Position numbers and translations under genes: made by a program. Source: a virus (lineage: Duplodnaviria > Caudoviricetes). Taken from it: a DNA stretch of 64,000 nucleotides. Under the pieces are notes generated by a model. It worked only from the letters and a program-made list of their open reading frames with translations. It was not told where the DNA came from and made no database searches. The stretch is from IMG/VR virus record IMGVR_UViG_3300036766_002286. One strand, 5' to 3'. This document shows, one piece after another, positions 9,198 through 20,200 of the stretch (position 1 is its first letter; each line of letters begins with the position of its first letter).

Positions 9198-12100
9198 TTA
9201 TCGTCTAGAATCTATAAAAGAGTGTGATGAAAATCCATAGTTTATTAGTCTATGCATTTCTGTCTTTGTGGTGCACTTCTGACCACCTTTTTCTAACACA
9301 CAAGTTCTAGTGATATTTGTAGTCAAGGTTTCTATCACCGTAATGTTTGTAATTGTAATATTTCTAGGAACTGCTGTAGTCGTAGTAGTACTATTCTCTA
9401 CAACTGTTGTAGTAGTACTAGATGGAGTACTTACCGGCAATTCTAAGGTGACTCTAGGAGATACTGCAGATACAACACCCTCTCCCACCATATTGACAGC
9501 CCGTACCCTAAATTGATATGTTTTTCCACCTTTTAGATCTGCCAGAGTTACTCTAGGAACAGATGTTAAACTGTTCGCAAAAGTTGTCCAAGACCGTCCG
9601 TTATTTGTAGTGAATTCTACCAAATATACAATAATAGGTGCCCCACCCGTATTTTCAGGAGCTGACCATTTCAAAAATACTTTATTATTTTTTATAGTAA
9701 TTGTTATAGATGTCGGAGCATCTGGCACTGCTGGTGCTATTGTTGTTGTGGTAACTGGTGGCATAGTTGTAGTAGCAGGAATTGTTGTAGTAGTGGTGGT
9801 AGCTGGTGTTGTAGTTGTAGGAGCTGCTGTAGTAGTTGTAGTTACTCCAGGTGTAACATTCGAAGATGTAGCAGATACTGCTCCAAATCCTAACGCATTT
9901 TGTGCACTCACTCTAAATTGATGTACAGTTCCATTAGTAAGTCCAGTTACAGTTGCTCCAGTTGATGCGGACACTCCATCTGTAAAAGTTGTCCAAGATG
10001 TTCCAGAGTTTGTAGTGTACTCTACCAAGTAATCAGTAATTGCAGATCCACCCGTGTTCGGTGCAGACCATGTCAATGTAGCGGTTGTATTACCAGCTGT
10101 TCCACTAACCGTACCAACTCTTGCAGGTTCCGTAGTAACATTCACAATTCGTCCAGCACCAACATCTACAGCTAGCAGTAAATTACCCATACTTTCTTTG
10201 CTACTTCCAATTACTATTGTATTTTCATAACCAAGTCTTCCGACAGATCCAGCGCCCCAACATTTTATTTTACCTCCATTTAATAGAGCACAAGCATGGG
10301 CACCCGCAGCTACAACCGCTGAGACAGTACGCCCTGCACCAAAGTTTATTGCTAGTAAATTGTCTCCCATCTCGTTGGCATCATCACCTATTGAGTCAGC
10401 ACTACCCTGCCCAAGTTGTCCATTAGAACTAATACCCCAGCATTTTAGCGTTGTATTATCCAGAACTCCGCAAACAAAACCAGTCCCAGCAACTACAGCA
10501 GTTGCCGTACGTCCGGAACCCAAATTTACTGCTGGTAGATTATCACCCATTTCATTACTACCATCTCCACGATTACTAGTATCACCTTGCCCAAGTCGGC
10601 CGCTGGTTCCCGCTCCCCAACATTTCACAGTGTTATTATCTAATAATGCACATACAATATTATCTCCAGCGCTAATCTTTTGTGCGGTACGTCCAGTTCC
10701 TAGACTTACTGCAGATAAGTTATCACCCATCTCATTGGCGCCGTCTCCACGCGTTGCGGTATCACCCAAACCTAGCTCACCAGATCCATTAGATCCCCAA
10801 CATTTCACACTAGCATTATCTAAAAGTGCACAAACTTGTCCATTACCAGCAGTAATAGATGTAGCTGTGCGCCCACTACCTAAATTCACAGCAGGCAAAC
10901 TATCACCCATCTCTCCGGAGGCATCTCCACGGTTATCAGTGTCTCCTAAACCAAGGGAACCAACAGTATTTGCACCCCAGCACTTTACTGTAGCATTATC
11001 TAATATTGCACACGTAAAACCAGAACCAAGTGCTATAGCAGTAGCTGTACGCCCAGTTCCTAAATCTACTACAGGTAAGTTATCTCCCATTTCATTAGCA
11101 CCGTCTCCGCGCGTTGTGGTATCACCATAACCAAGCCTGCCCTGAGCCCCGTTCCCCCAACATTTTACTGTAGCATTGTCTAATATAGCACACGAATGCG
11201 CAGACCCCGCTACAACAATACTTGCTGTACGCCCAGTTCCTAAATCAACTGCTGGCAGATTATCTCCCATTTCAGATGTGGCATCGCCTCGATTATTAGT
11301 ATCTCCATAACCAAGTTGTCCATTACTATTAGATCCCCAACATTTTACAGCACTATTATCTAAAATAACACACGTGGCTGTTGCTTGTGAAGCCATGTTA
11401 CTACTTATAGCAGGCACTGTTCGACTACTGCCCAAGCTTACTTCAGCTAAATTATCACCCATAGCATTTAAGCTTTTTCCTCTATCTGTAATGTCTCCAT
11501 ATCCTAGTAGTCCATCGGAATTACCTCCCCAACATTTTATGGTAGAGTTATCTAATATCACACAGGTCTGTCCGCCTTCACCATTACCATTTCCAGCACT
11601 AAGTGTTTTAGCTGTTCGCCCCGATCCTAAGTCTACAACTGCTAAGTTGTCTCCCATTTCATTAGCACCGTCTCCCCTATCATTAACATCATTATAACCA
11701 AGATATCCTAAATTATTTGCTCCCCAACATTTCACAGTATCATTATCTAATATCGCACAGATCTGTCCAGCGCCGCCCGCACTCAATACTTTTGCAGTTC
11801 GTCCAGTGCCCAAGTCTATAGCAGGAAGATTATCTCCCATCTCACTTGTATTATCACCACGATTATTAGTATCTCCTAAACCAAGTTTTCCTTGTGAATT
11901 GCTGCCCCAGCATTTAGAAGTATTATTATCTAAAATAGCACAACTAACAAGAGCACCGGTACTAATAGTTCTAGCAGTTCGCCCGGTTCCTAAGTTAACC
12001 GCTAGTAAGTTGTCTCCCATTTCATTAGCACCGTCTCCACGTGATGTAGTGTCTTCATAACCCAAACGTCCTAGTGCTCCATTCCCCCAACATTTTACTG

Positions 12101-12860
12101 TATCATTATCTAACAAGGCACAAGTGTGATTTTGGCCACCAGTACTAATTATTTTAGCTGTACGTCCAGTTCCCAAGTCAACTACTGGTAAGCTATCTCC
12201 CATCTCTCCGGCCCCATCACCGCGTGCAGCTACATCTCCCAATCCAAGCTGTCCAAAAGTATTAGACCCCCAACATTTCACAGTATCATTATCTAATAAG
12301 GCGCATGTAAAATTGGTTCCAGCACTGACCCTTTTGGCTGTACGCCCAGTTCCCAAATTAACAGCTAGTAAGCTATCTCCCATCTCTCCGGCCCCATCAC
12401 CGCGCCAGGTTACATCTCCATAACCAAGTTGTCCTTCCGTATTACGTCCCCAACATTTCACTGTGTTATTATCAAGTATCACACAAGTGTGTGCCGATCC
12501 AGCACTGATCATTTTGGCTGTGCGCCCAGTTCCTAAGTCAACTGTTGGTAAGTTATCTCCCATCTCATTTATATTATCACCACGTATAATAAGATCCCCG
12601 TAGCCTAATTGTCCGGAAGAATTACGTCCCCAACATTTCACTGTGTTATTATCAAGTATCACACAAGTATGCGATCCACCGGCTGATATGTAATATCCTA
12701 AACTTATTGCTTGCGTACCGAGTCCGTTCGCATCACTAATGACTGCTTCACCAGGCTCAGCTTGAACGCTATTATATGACACTAAACTTGGCAGTATTAA
12801 AAGCGCACAAACTACCAGCAATCCCATAGCTTGTTTGAAGGTTTTCGTAGTTACACTCAT
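9198..12860 (-). CDS. Large secreted RCC1/BLIP-II-like repeat protein with two Fn3 domains
   Basis: About 14 repeats of CWGxNxxGQLGxGDxxxRGDxxxEMGDNLPxVDLG; Fn3 motifs; Thr-rich linkers; signal peptide. Confidence 0.92.
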   Translation of the reverse strand: MSVTTKTFKQAMGLLVVCALLILPSLVSYNSVQAEPGEAVISDANGLGTQAISLGYYISAGGSHTCVILDNNTVKCWGRNSSGQLGYGDLIIRGDNINEMGDNLPTVDLGTGRTAKMISAGSAHTCVILDNNTVKCWGRNTEGQLGYGDVTWRGDGAGEMGDSLLAVNLGTGRTAKRVSAGTNFTCALLDNDTVKCWGSNTFGQLGLGDVAARGDGAGEMGDSLPVVDLGTGRTAKIISTGGQNHTCALLDNDTVKCWGNGALGRLGYEDTTSRGDGANEMGDNLLAVNLGTGRTARTISTGALVSCAILDNNTSKCWGSNSQGKLGLGDTNNRGDNTSEMGDNLPAIDLGTGRTAKVLSAGGAGQICAILDNDTVKCWGANNLGYLGYNDVNDRGDGANEMGDNLAVVDLGSGRTAKTLSAGNGNGEGGQTCVILDNSTIKCWGGNSDGLLGYGDITDRGKSLNAMGDNLAEVSLGSSRTVPAISSNMASQATATCVILDNSAVKCWGSNSNGQLGYGDTNNRGDATSEMGDNLPAVDLGTGRTASIVVAGSAHSCAILDNATVKCWGNGAQGRLGYGDTTTRGDGANEMGDNLPVVDLGTGRTATAIALGSGFTCAILDNATVKCWGANTVGSLGLGDTDNRGDASGEMGDSLPAVNLGSGRTATSITAGNGQVCALLDNASVKCWGSNGSGELGLGDTATRGDGANEMGDNLSAVSLGTGRTAQKISAGDNIVCALLDNNTVKCWGAGTSGRLGQGDTSNRGDGSNEMGDNLPAVNLGSGRTATAVVAGTGFVCGVLDNTTLKCWGISSNGQLGQGSADSIGDDANEMGDNLLAINFGAGRTVSAVVAAGAHACALLNGGKIKCWGAGSVGRLGYENTIVIGSSKESMGNLLLAVDVGAGRIVNVTTEPARVGTVSGTAGNTTATLTWSAPNTGGSAITDYLVEYTTNSGTSWTTFTDGVSASTGATVTGLTNGTVHQFRVSAQNALGFGAVSATSSNVTPGVTTTTTAAPTTTTPATTTTTTIPATTTMPPVTTTTIAPAVPDAPTSITITIKNNKVFLKWSAPENTGGAPIIVYLVEFTTNNGRSWTTFANSLTSVPRVTLADLKGGKTYQFRVRAVNMVGEGVVSAVSPRVTLELPVSTPSSTTTTVVENSTTTTTAVPRNITITNITVIETLTTNITRTCVLEKGGQKCTTKTEMHRLINYGFSSHSFIDSRR

Positions 12861-13013
12861 ACCCTACTATTATGCCGTATTTTAGCGCTTTTGCACTCAT
12901 TATGAATGTGGTATTATAACTATTACTCTCATATAAAAATCACATATTAACTGGTACTGGCTATATTACAGTCCGTGTATGCGCTGTATGCAATAACAAT
13001 AACAATAATATAA

Positions 13014-13916
13014 ATGGCATCCACGTCTACTTCCGAACCACACGACTTACGCTCTTTTTTCCGCGCGGTCGGTGGATTTTCTCCTGAACACGCTTTACTA
13101 CAAGCCCCACTAGTTAGAGCTGATTGCCAAGGTGTTGTAGAAATGTTGGATAAAGAATCTAGCAAAGTTACTTCAGAGCCATTGAAAGTTGAAGCTTTCA
13201 TCGATGGCATTCAAAGTGCATTGTGTATAACCTATAGGGAACATCGCCCAGTGTACTTAACTTACACAGCAGCCGGTGCTGTAGGTGCGCACAGCAAATT
13301 ACTAGAAATGAACGAAAAACTTTGTGTTGTTTATTCTAGAGCGGACAGCGAATGGATTTCTTCACTAAATACTTCTATTCCTGGAATCGAATTATTACAA
13401 GAACGTCCAGATGAACTTACTAATGCAGCTATCTCACAACTTGGCGCACAAAGAGATACATTAGAGCGCGCTCTTGTTTCTAGTTTAGTAGACTCCGGCC
13501 ACACCTCGCTGCTTATTGATGGATCTCTCCTTGGTAAAACTTATCGCCCCGAACTTGTAGGTGTTGTAAAATCACACGCCACAAAGTATTTACTAGATGA
13601 ATCTGCTCTCTGGAGTTTACCAGCAGGTTGGCGTTCAGCGCGATTTAAACTCCCCATTGGCATGCAAGGATCTACTACCGATAGATATTCATGTTATTTA
13701 CGTATGCATTCAGCTCAGTTTCAAGCTTGGAATTTCGGTCTTATTCGCCTAGAAAGTTTTGATCCAGATCTTCTTGATCCTCTAGCTGCATTAGCTCTTA
13801 ATGAAAAACAAGCCTCAGCTTCTAGAGATAAACGCTATGACCGCCATTTAGCCGGCGTACGTGCTGTAGAAGATGTACTAAGAGCCAGACGCCCGTCTGT
13901 GTTTACACTTGTATAA
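13014..13916 (+). CDS. nurA: NurA-like nuclease
   Basis: AFIDG, LLIDGSL, VGVVKSH motifs; directly upstream of HerA. Confidence 0.7.
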   Translation: MASTSTSEPHDLRSFFRAVGGFSPEHALLQAPLVRADCQGVVEMLDKESSKVTSEPLKVEAFIDGIQSALCITYREHRPVYLTYTAAGAVGAHSKLLEMNEKLCVVYSRADSEWISSLNTSIPGIELLQERPDELTNAAISQLGAQRDTLERALVSSLVDSGHTSLLIDGSLLGKTYRPELVGVVKSHATKYLLDESALWSLPAGWRSARFKLPIGMQGSTTDRYSCYLRMHSAQFQAWNFGLIRLESFDPDLLDPLAALALNEKQASASRDKRYDRHLAGVRAVEDVLRARRPSVFTLV

Positions 13917-13976
13917 CATATACTATGACTTTTTCAACATTTCAGCACAGTAATATTTTAATATTAGGAGTTTCAA

Positions 13977-15842
13977 ATGCCTACAGAAAATAACACAACA
14001 CCGCAAGTAAAACTAGGTCGAGTGTATTTACCTACTACCCCAGGTACTCCAGTCGGACGTTTTGAATTCGTAGTTGAACGCAATGACGGCAACTCTGTAG
14101 AAGTAGGTATGCCCGTAGCAGCCGATACAACAGAAGGTACTGTTGTTGGTACTATTGTAGACATGCGTACTGTGGGTTCTGATCACGATCCTATTACAGC
14201 TGATCTCGCATCTGATGGCAGATGTGCTGATTTACCAGAAGTTGTCGTAGCCCAAGTTCAAGTCTTTCACTCTAAATTACTTCGTCCAGTTAGAGCAGGT
14301 ATAGTTAGAGCTGCAACCAAAGATGAGATGTTACTTGCTACCGGTTATGATCGCATGGACTGGCCTATTCCAGCAGGTGTTGTTCCACTAGCCGACGGCA
14401 CAACTGCTCGTATTTGTTTTGATGGCACTTCTCTTCTTGGCCCGGAAGCGGCTCACTTAAATGTAGGAGGCTTAAGTGGTCAGGCCGCTAAAACATCTTA
14501 TATTGGAATGCTTCTAAGATCTGCTATCCATTCTGGTGGTCCACAGCATCGAGTGGCCTCCTTAGTATTTAATGTTAAAGGTGAAGACTTGATTTGGTTG
14601 GATGAAAAACCTACGTCTGGTTATGAGCTCACCTCAGAAGACTTAGATATGTATAAATCATTAGGTATTCCAGCTACCCCTTTCGAAGATGTCACAGTCT
14701 ATGCCCCATCTCTTCCAGCTGGTTCAGACGCTACAAGGTGCCCAAGACAAGATGCTTTACCGTTAGGCTGGGACCTAGCCATGGTTTGGCGTTATTTGAA
14801 ATATTTTATTAACACAAGTTTTTATGATGACGAAAAACTAACTTCATTTTTATATGAATTTGGAGCTGAATGTCTTAATAATCCAGATCACACTAAGCGT
14901 GTAGATACTTTTGATAAGCTGGATGCTTGGTTTAAAGGAATTTTAGAGCGGCCACTAGAAGAACATGAAAAAGAAAGTCCTATTGTTTGGCGGGCCCATC
15001 ACAGAGCAACCGTCTGGCGTATTCGTCGTATGTTATCTGGCGCAGTACTGGCCGGTTCCCAAGGTTTAGTTGTTCATGGTAAAGCAACGAACGGCACTGA
15101 CATTCCAGATTCTAACTGGCATCATGGTCAAGTTATTGTTGTAGACATCGCAGGCCTGTCTACAAATGTGCAGTCAGCTGTTATTGCACGCACTATTGAA
15201 AGACTTCTAAAAAGTGCCGCCGACGGAGAACTTGGTGTAGATCACTTGGTTGTTGTCGCAGACGAGCTTAATGCATTTGCTCCATCTCAGGGAGCTGAAA
15301 TGTCTAACGTTAAAAAAGTTCTCCAAAAGGTCTCAACTCAAGGTCGTTATGCTGGTATTTCTCTTTGGGGTGCTGGCCAAAAATTAAGTAAGATAGATGA
15401 AATGATACGCGATAACGCAGCCACCAGAGCACTCGGTATCACTTCTGATGGCGAGCTCGCTTCTGGCATTTATGGCTCTATGTCATCTGGTCTAGTAGAA
15501 CGTATTGCAACTTTACCTAAAGGATATATGGCATTATCACATTATTCTTTTAGAAGCACGTTAATCGTACGCTTTCCCAGACCTGCCTGGCGTACAGGTA
15601 AATCTCGCACTACTGGTGGTACAAAACTTAAAATCACTAGTGTTTTAGATTTATCTCCTCGTTCACTTGAGCGCCTCAGTGAAGGTAATTCGCCTGAAAT
15701 TGTCGATAGCATAATTTCTAGTGCAGGTTCTCAACAAGAAGCTTTAGAGAAGTTACAAAAAGCCCGTATTCCAGATATGAAAAAAGTCGCTTTGCACGAA
15801 CCTTCAACGTACGATCCAGAAAATCCCTACGATTTTGATTAA
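13977..15842 (+). CDS. herA: HerA-like ATPase/helicase
   Basis: N-terminal barrel; HLNVGGLSGQAAKTSY (variant Walker A), FNVKGEDL, VVVADELNAFAP (Walker B), QGRYAGISLWGAGQ. Confidence 0.85.
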   Translation: MPTENNTTPQVKLGRVYLPTTPGTPVGRFEFVVERNDGNSVEVGMPVAADTTEGTVVGTIVDMRTVGSDHDPITADLASDGRCADLPEVVVAQVQVFHSKLLRPVRAGIVRAATKDEMLLATGYDRMDWPIPAGVVPLADGTTARICFDGTSLLGPEAAHLNVGGLSGQAAKTSYIGMLLRSAIHSGGPQHRVASLVFNVKGEDLIWLDEKPTSGYELTSEDLDMYKSLGIPATPFEDVTVYAPSLPAGSDATRCPRQDALPLGWDLAMVWRYLKYFINTSFYDDEKLTSFLYEFGAECLNNPDHTKRVDTFDKLDAWFKGILERPLEEHEKESPIVWRAHHRATVWRIRRMLSGAVLAGSQGLVVHGKATNGTDIPDSNWHHGQVIVVDIAGLSTNVQSAVIARTIERLLKSAADGELGVDHLVVVADELNAFAPSQGAEMSNVKKVLQKVSTQGRYAGISLWGAGQKLSKIDEMIRDNAATRALGITSDGELASGIYGSMSSGLVERIATLPKGYMALSHYSFRSTLIVRFPRPAWRTGKSRTTGGTKLKITSVLDLSPRSLERLSEGNSPEIVDSIISSAGSQQEALEKLQKARIPDMKKVALHEPSTYDPENPYDFD

Positions 15843-15849
15843 TTAGTAG

Positions 15850-16194
15850 TTATTTAACGTTTATACACCTAAAAGCAATTCTTTTCGCTACTCCTAAAAC
15901 CATAGAGCTTATTGAAATATCTGGCCATATGCCTTTAGTCTTCCAATCATCTACCAATACTTGAGCAGCAGCAGCTGAAGTAAATTTTGCTTCCCACATA
16001 TTAAATAACCTTCTGGCTAAATTATCCGTATCTTTAACAAGGATCTGATCAAACTGTTCTTGTGTAAGGCCTTCACCATCAAGTATAGAATAAGTATTAT
16101 CAAGCCATCTATTGTACGCTATATAGCGTTTTTCATCTACACTATTTAGAAACTCATCTGTATTGTTTGGATTTATTTCTTCTGATTCATTCAT
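15850..16194 (-). CDS. Hypothetical, 'GLTQE' family
   Basis: W..GLTQEQFD..MW.AK...AA...W motif shared with 5 paralogues. Confidence 0.75.
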   Translation of the reverse strand: MNESEEINPNNTDEFLNSVDEKRYIAYNRWLDNTYSILDGEGLTQEQFDQILVKDTDNLARRLFNMWEAKFTSAAAAQVLVDDWKTKGIWPDISISSMVLGVAKRIAFRCINVK

Positions 16195-16222
16195 ATTATC
16201 TCCTTGGAGTATATTTATTTAG

Positions 16223-16522
16223 TTATAAAGATTCCGGCCATAATTTTTCAGTTTTCAAGTACTCTATTAAACTTGTCGCAGCACCCTCTGCAGAAAGTTT
16301 TGCGATCCACATTTCAAACATTATTTTGCCGATAGCATTATATGCATCTTTTTCGATAATTTTGTCATACTGTTCTTGGGTAAGTCCCGCAGCACTTAAT
16401 ACAATATGGATCATAACCCGCCAATTCCAATACGCCGCAAAGTCATCACGATCCACCGGCTCTTGAGTATACCCAATAACGTTATTTACATTATTTGGAT
16501 TTATTTCCTCTGATTCGTTTAT
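16223..16522 (-). CDS. Hypothetical, 'GLTQE' family, apparent ATA start
   Basis: Upstream frame reads (I)NESEEINPNN, matching the neighbour's MNESEEINPNN; GGAGG SD. Confidence 0.7.
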   Translation of the reverse strand: MNESEEINPNNVNNVIGYTQEPVDRDDFAAYWNWRVMIHIVLSAAGLTQEQYDKIIEKDAYNAIGKIMFEMWIAKLSAEGAATSLIEYLKTEKLWPESL

Positions 16523-17016
16523 AAAAGCCCTCCACTTCCAACAGGCCCTGTACTACTAGCTAAATTTGCATATTTAACATCAAGTTTCGTACCAGTGAAA
16601 TCAGCACCTTTAAAGCGTCTCGTATCTAAGTTATTAACATTTGTAAAATCAGCATTAGTCAAATTAGCATTGGTAAAGTCGGTCTCCTTGCATTGAGCAT
16701 TAGTCAAATTAGCGCGAGTAAAATTTCCATAGCCAAAATCCGCCGCCCACAACTCGGTATTTGTTAAATTAGCATCGGTGAAATTTGCTCCACCCATCTC
16801 AGCAAATCTAAAATCCGCTTCTGAAAAATCCGCTCCAGAAAAATTGACATCACACATACAAGCCCCTGAAAAATCAGCATTTCTAAAATCACAGCCAGTA
16901 AAATCTGTAGTATAGTCATTTAAGCCTAATGCCACGTCCCCGTCCCCTAAAATCATGATAGCAGGGCTTCCGTTTTTATCTATATATGCCACTTTACGAT
17001 ATGATGGTGTAGTCAT
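16519..17016 (-). CDS. Pentapeptide repeat protein
   Basis: ADF/ANF/ANL repeats. Confidence 0.92.
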   Translation of the reverse strand: MTTPSYRKVAYIDKNGSPAIMILGDGDVALGLNDYTTDFTGCDFRNADFSGACMCDVNFSGADFSEADFRFAEMGGANFTDANLTNTELWAADFGYGNFTRANLTNAQCKETDFTNANLTNADFTNVNNLDTRRFKGADFTGTKLDVKYANLASSTGPVGSGGLL

Positions 17017-17203
17017 TGTTACACTCCTTGATCAAAGTATACTATTAGGGCGATTCGCATATTTAGTATAATATCACAGTGATCAATAAATAAAATCCCT
17101 ACGATTTTGATTTATTTCATTGTAATACTGACAATTTCAGGGGCAAGTTTCAACACCAAACCTTATTGCCTTAATGATGTTAGCCTACACAATATTATAA
17201 ATA

Positions 17204-20200
17204 ATGTCACAAACCAAATCATTCTCTACAAAAGCACCTTCCAGTAAAACTAGGCACGCATCCAAGCATCACTCGCGCACCCTAGCCCAAATAGTATTAG
17301 GTGTTCTCATTACTGCAGTCAGCGTGCTAGGCTTTAGTATAGGAGACGTCGCTCACGCCGCAGGCGCAAGAGTAACTATATGTCACAGGACAAGAAGCAC
17401 AACAAATCCTTATCGCCAAATCACAATATCTAATAGCGGCGTTAATAGCCATCGCAATAATCATACAGGCGGGGTTTGGGATTCTAGTAAACTTAATGGT
17501 GGGTCTTGGGGAGATGTTGTACCTGGCGGAGATTCTGACGCAGACGCTTTTTGGAGTACCGGTTCAGCTGGACCAAACTCACTAAACTGGGATGCAAGCG
17601 GTAAAGCCTTTCTCATGACTGGTGGAGCAAATCTTACAAAATGTGGTAAAATGACCGCTCAACAATTTTATGAAATATCTAAAGCCGCAGGAGATTCTGA
17701 TGCCACTATAGCAGCAGATCTAGAAGAACAAGCCGCCAACGAAGACGCAGCTCTTCGCCCAAGTGGGGGTTGGACGTCTAGTAACGTAGCTGCAGCGGTA
17801 GGTACTGTATCAATTACCACTAATAATCCAACATCTGTTGGTGTAAGCACAGCAACCTTAAATGGTACAATTGTAACAGGTGGCACATCAACTACTCCTA
17901 AATTTGAATATGGTACTACCACAAGTCTAGGTACAACTGTTTCTGGTGGGAGTGCTGCTACCGGCACTATCACTTCAACTGCGTCACTAAGCGGGTTAAG
18001 CACAAGTACCACCTATTATTATAGAGCAATTGGAGAAATTGGCTCAACGGATACTTTGGGAACTTATTACGGGGATATTTTATCTTTTACCACCGGTAAG
18101 GATACTCGTACAGTCACACTCTCTGCTAGTGCAACTCCTATCAACAATTCTGCAACTTCCACATTAAGCACAACAGTCTCGACAGGTACTGCTGGAACAA
18201 CCACATACACCGTTATAACAGGTACTATATATTGCACAATTAGCGGGACAACTTTAACTGCACATGCAACCAATACCGGAACATGTACAGTACAAGCTTC
18301 CGATGCCGGCGATAGCACGTATAATCCAGCCGTATCAAATATAGTTTCTATTACAGTGCAAGCACTCACGTCTAGGACTTTAACATTAGCCGGAAATAAT
18401 GCCAGCTATGTATTTACAGCTACTCCACCAACAATGACTTCCACGCCCTCAGCTGGTGTTGGATCTGGCACAAAATCTTTCTCTAGTTCCACAACCAGCA
18501 TATGTACAATAAACTCAACAAGCGGTTTAGTTGCTTTTGTAGATGCCGGCACCTGTACTATTGGTTCTTCAATTACCTCCGGCGGCGGATTTGCGGCAGC
18601 TACAGCTACAAACGTAAGTTTTGATGTTACAGCAGCTGCCAGAACACTTACTTTAAGTGGTGACTCTGGTCCGTATGTGGTTACAGATACCCCACCAACA
18701 ATGAGCGCCACGCCCTCAGTCGGCACTGGAACGAAATCATTTTCCAGCTCGACTACAAGTGTTTGTACAGTTAATTCCTCAAGTGGTTTAGTAGCTTTTG
18801 TTGCCGCTGGTACTTGTACTATTGGATCTTCAATTACAGCCTCATTAGGGTATGCATCAGCTACTGCCAGCACAAGAAGTTTTACAGTTACAGCAGTACC
18901 AGCTACGACTACGACTACAACTACCACGACTACAACCACCACCGTGCCGGCCACAACTACAACCACGACAACAGCACCAGCTACAACCACAACTACTACA
19001 ACTACGACCACAACAACCGTACCAAGTACAACAACAACCACCGTACCAAGTACAACAACAACCGTACCAAGTACAACAACCACACCAACTACGACAACTA
19101 CGACTAGTATACCAAAAGCTTCACATAACACTTCCACATCTACAATTCCACGACCCATAACCACTCCCCCCGGCCGCCAATCTACAACTACTACAACCAC
19201 AACCACAACTATCCCACCAGTTACAACTACGACATCTGTTACGACAACTACAACAGAAACTAGCATAGTCACAAACACACAGCCAAGTATATTTAGTAGC
19301 CCGACTACAGCAACCAAAACAACAATTCCAGCTACACCGCTACAGACCACATTAGCAACTGATAATGCAATAAATACTATTGATCTAGGTTCTGGACCGG
19401 TGACTGTAGCTAACACAAACGAACAATCTATTGCTCAAAGTAGTCAAGCCCAAAGATCTTTAACACAAATATCTGCAGAAAAAGTTCAAGGCTTTACTCC
19501 AGGTTCTGGAGTAACTGTAGAGATAATTGGTGCTCGCACCGTTGGACAGTTTGTTATTCTACCCAGCAGAACTGTTGATAGTATCACAATTGCCGCAGCC
19601 TTACAAGAATCAATCAATAGAACCGCTACCGATTTTGCCAGTATTGACACCGCAACCGCCATACAAAAACCATCTAGTATAATACTGCAATCAACAAACT
19701 TAACTTTATCAACTGATAAACAAATGGAACAGACCTTCAAAGATTCTGAGCTAACAAACCCTGTACGGCTAAGCACTCTAGATACTACACAAAGTAAAGC
19801 CTGGGTTAAAGTTGGAGCAAAAGTTGCAGGCTATACACCCGGTAGTATAGTTTATCTAGCACTCACATCGAGCCCAATTATTATAAGTGAAGCACTTGTT
19901 GATAGTCAGGGGAACGCAACGGTTTCTGGCATGTTTCCAGCAGAAATTGCCGGTAATGGCGGACATAGTTTACGTGTTGTAGGAACTCGCCAATTCGGAG
20001 ATGTGACAGTTAACGCTAAAGGAGAAATTCAACTATCAGATGCAACTCTAGCAGAAGTTGTGCGCTTTGATATGCAAACAAGCGCCACCGTCAGATACTC
20101 AGGTCAAAATCCAACCGGCGGTAATAGCATCGCAATTAGAGTAGTACCTTTGCGCGCACCATTACCATGGTGGACGCTGTGGATATGTAGTTGGACAGTA

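Noticed and set aside
10200-12700. DGR template/variable repeat among near-identical RCC1 repeats
   Set aside because: All copies are in-frame coding repeats, differences are not adenine-specific, and no reverse transcriptase is present.
1226-12860. Beta-lactam (cephamycin) cluster suggested by lat + pcd + BLIP-II-like propeller
   Set aside because: No ACV synthetase or IPNS in the window; the oxygenase at 54440 is P4H-like and about 50 kb away.
12989-13010. CAATAA x3 microsatellite as a regulatory iteron
   Set aside because: Too short and AT-rich to support; it overlaps the probable -10 box of nurA.
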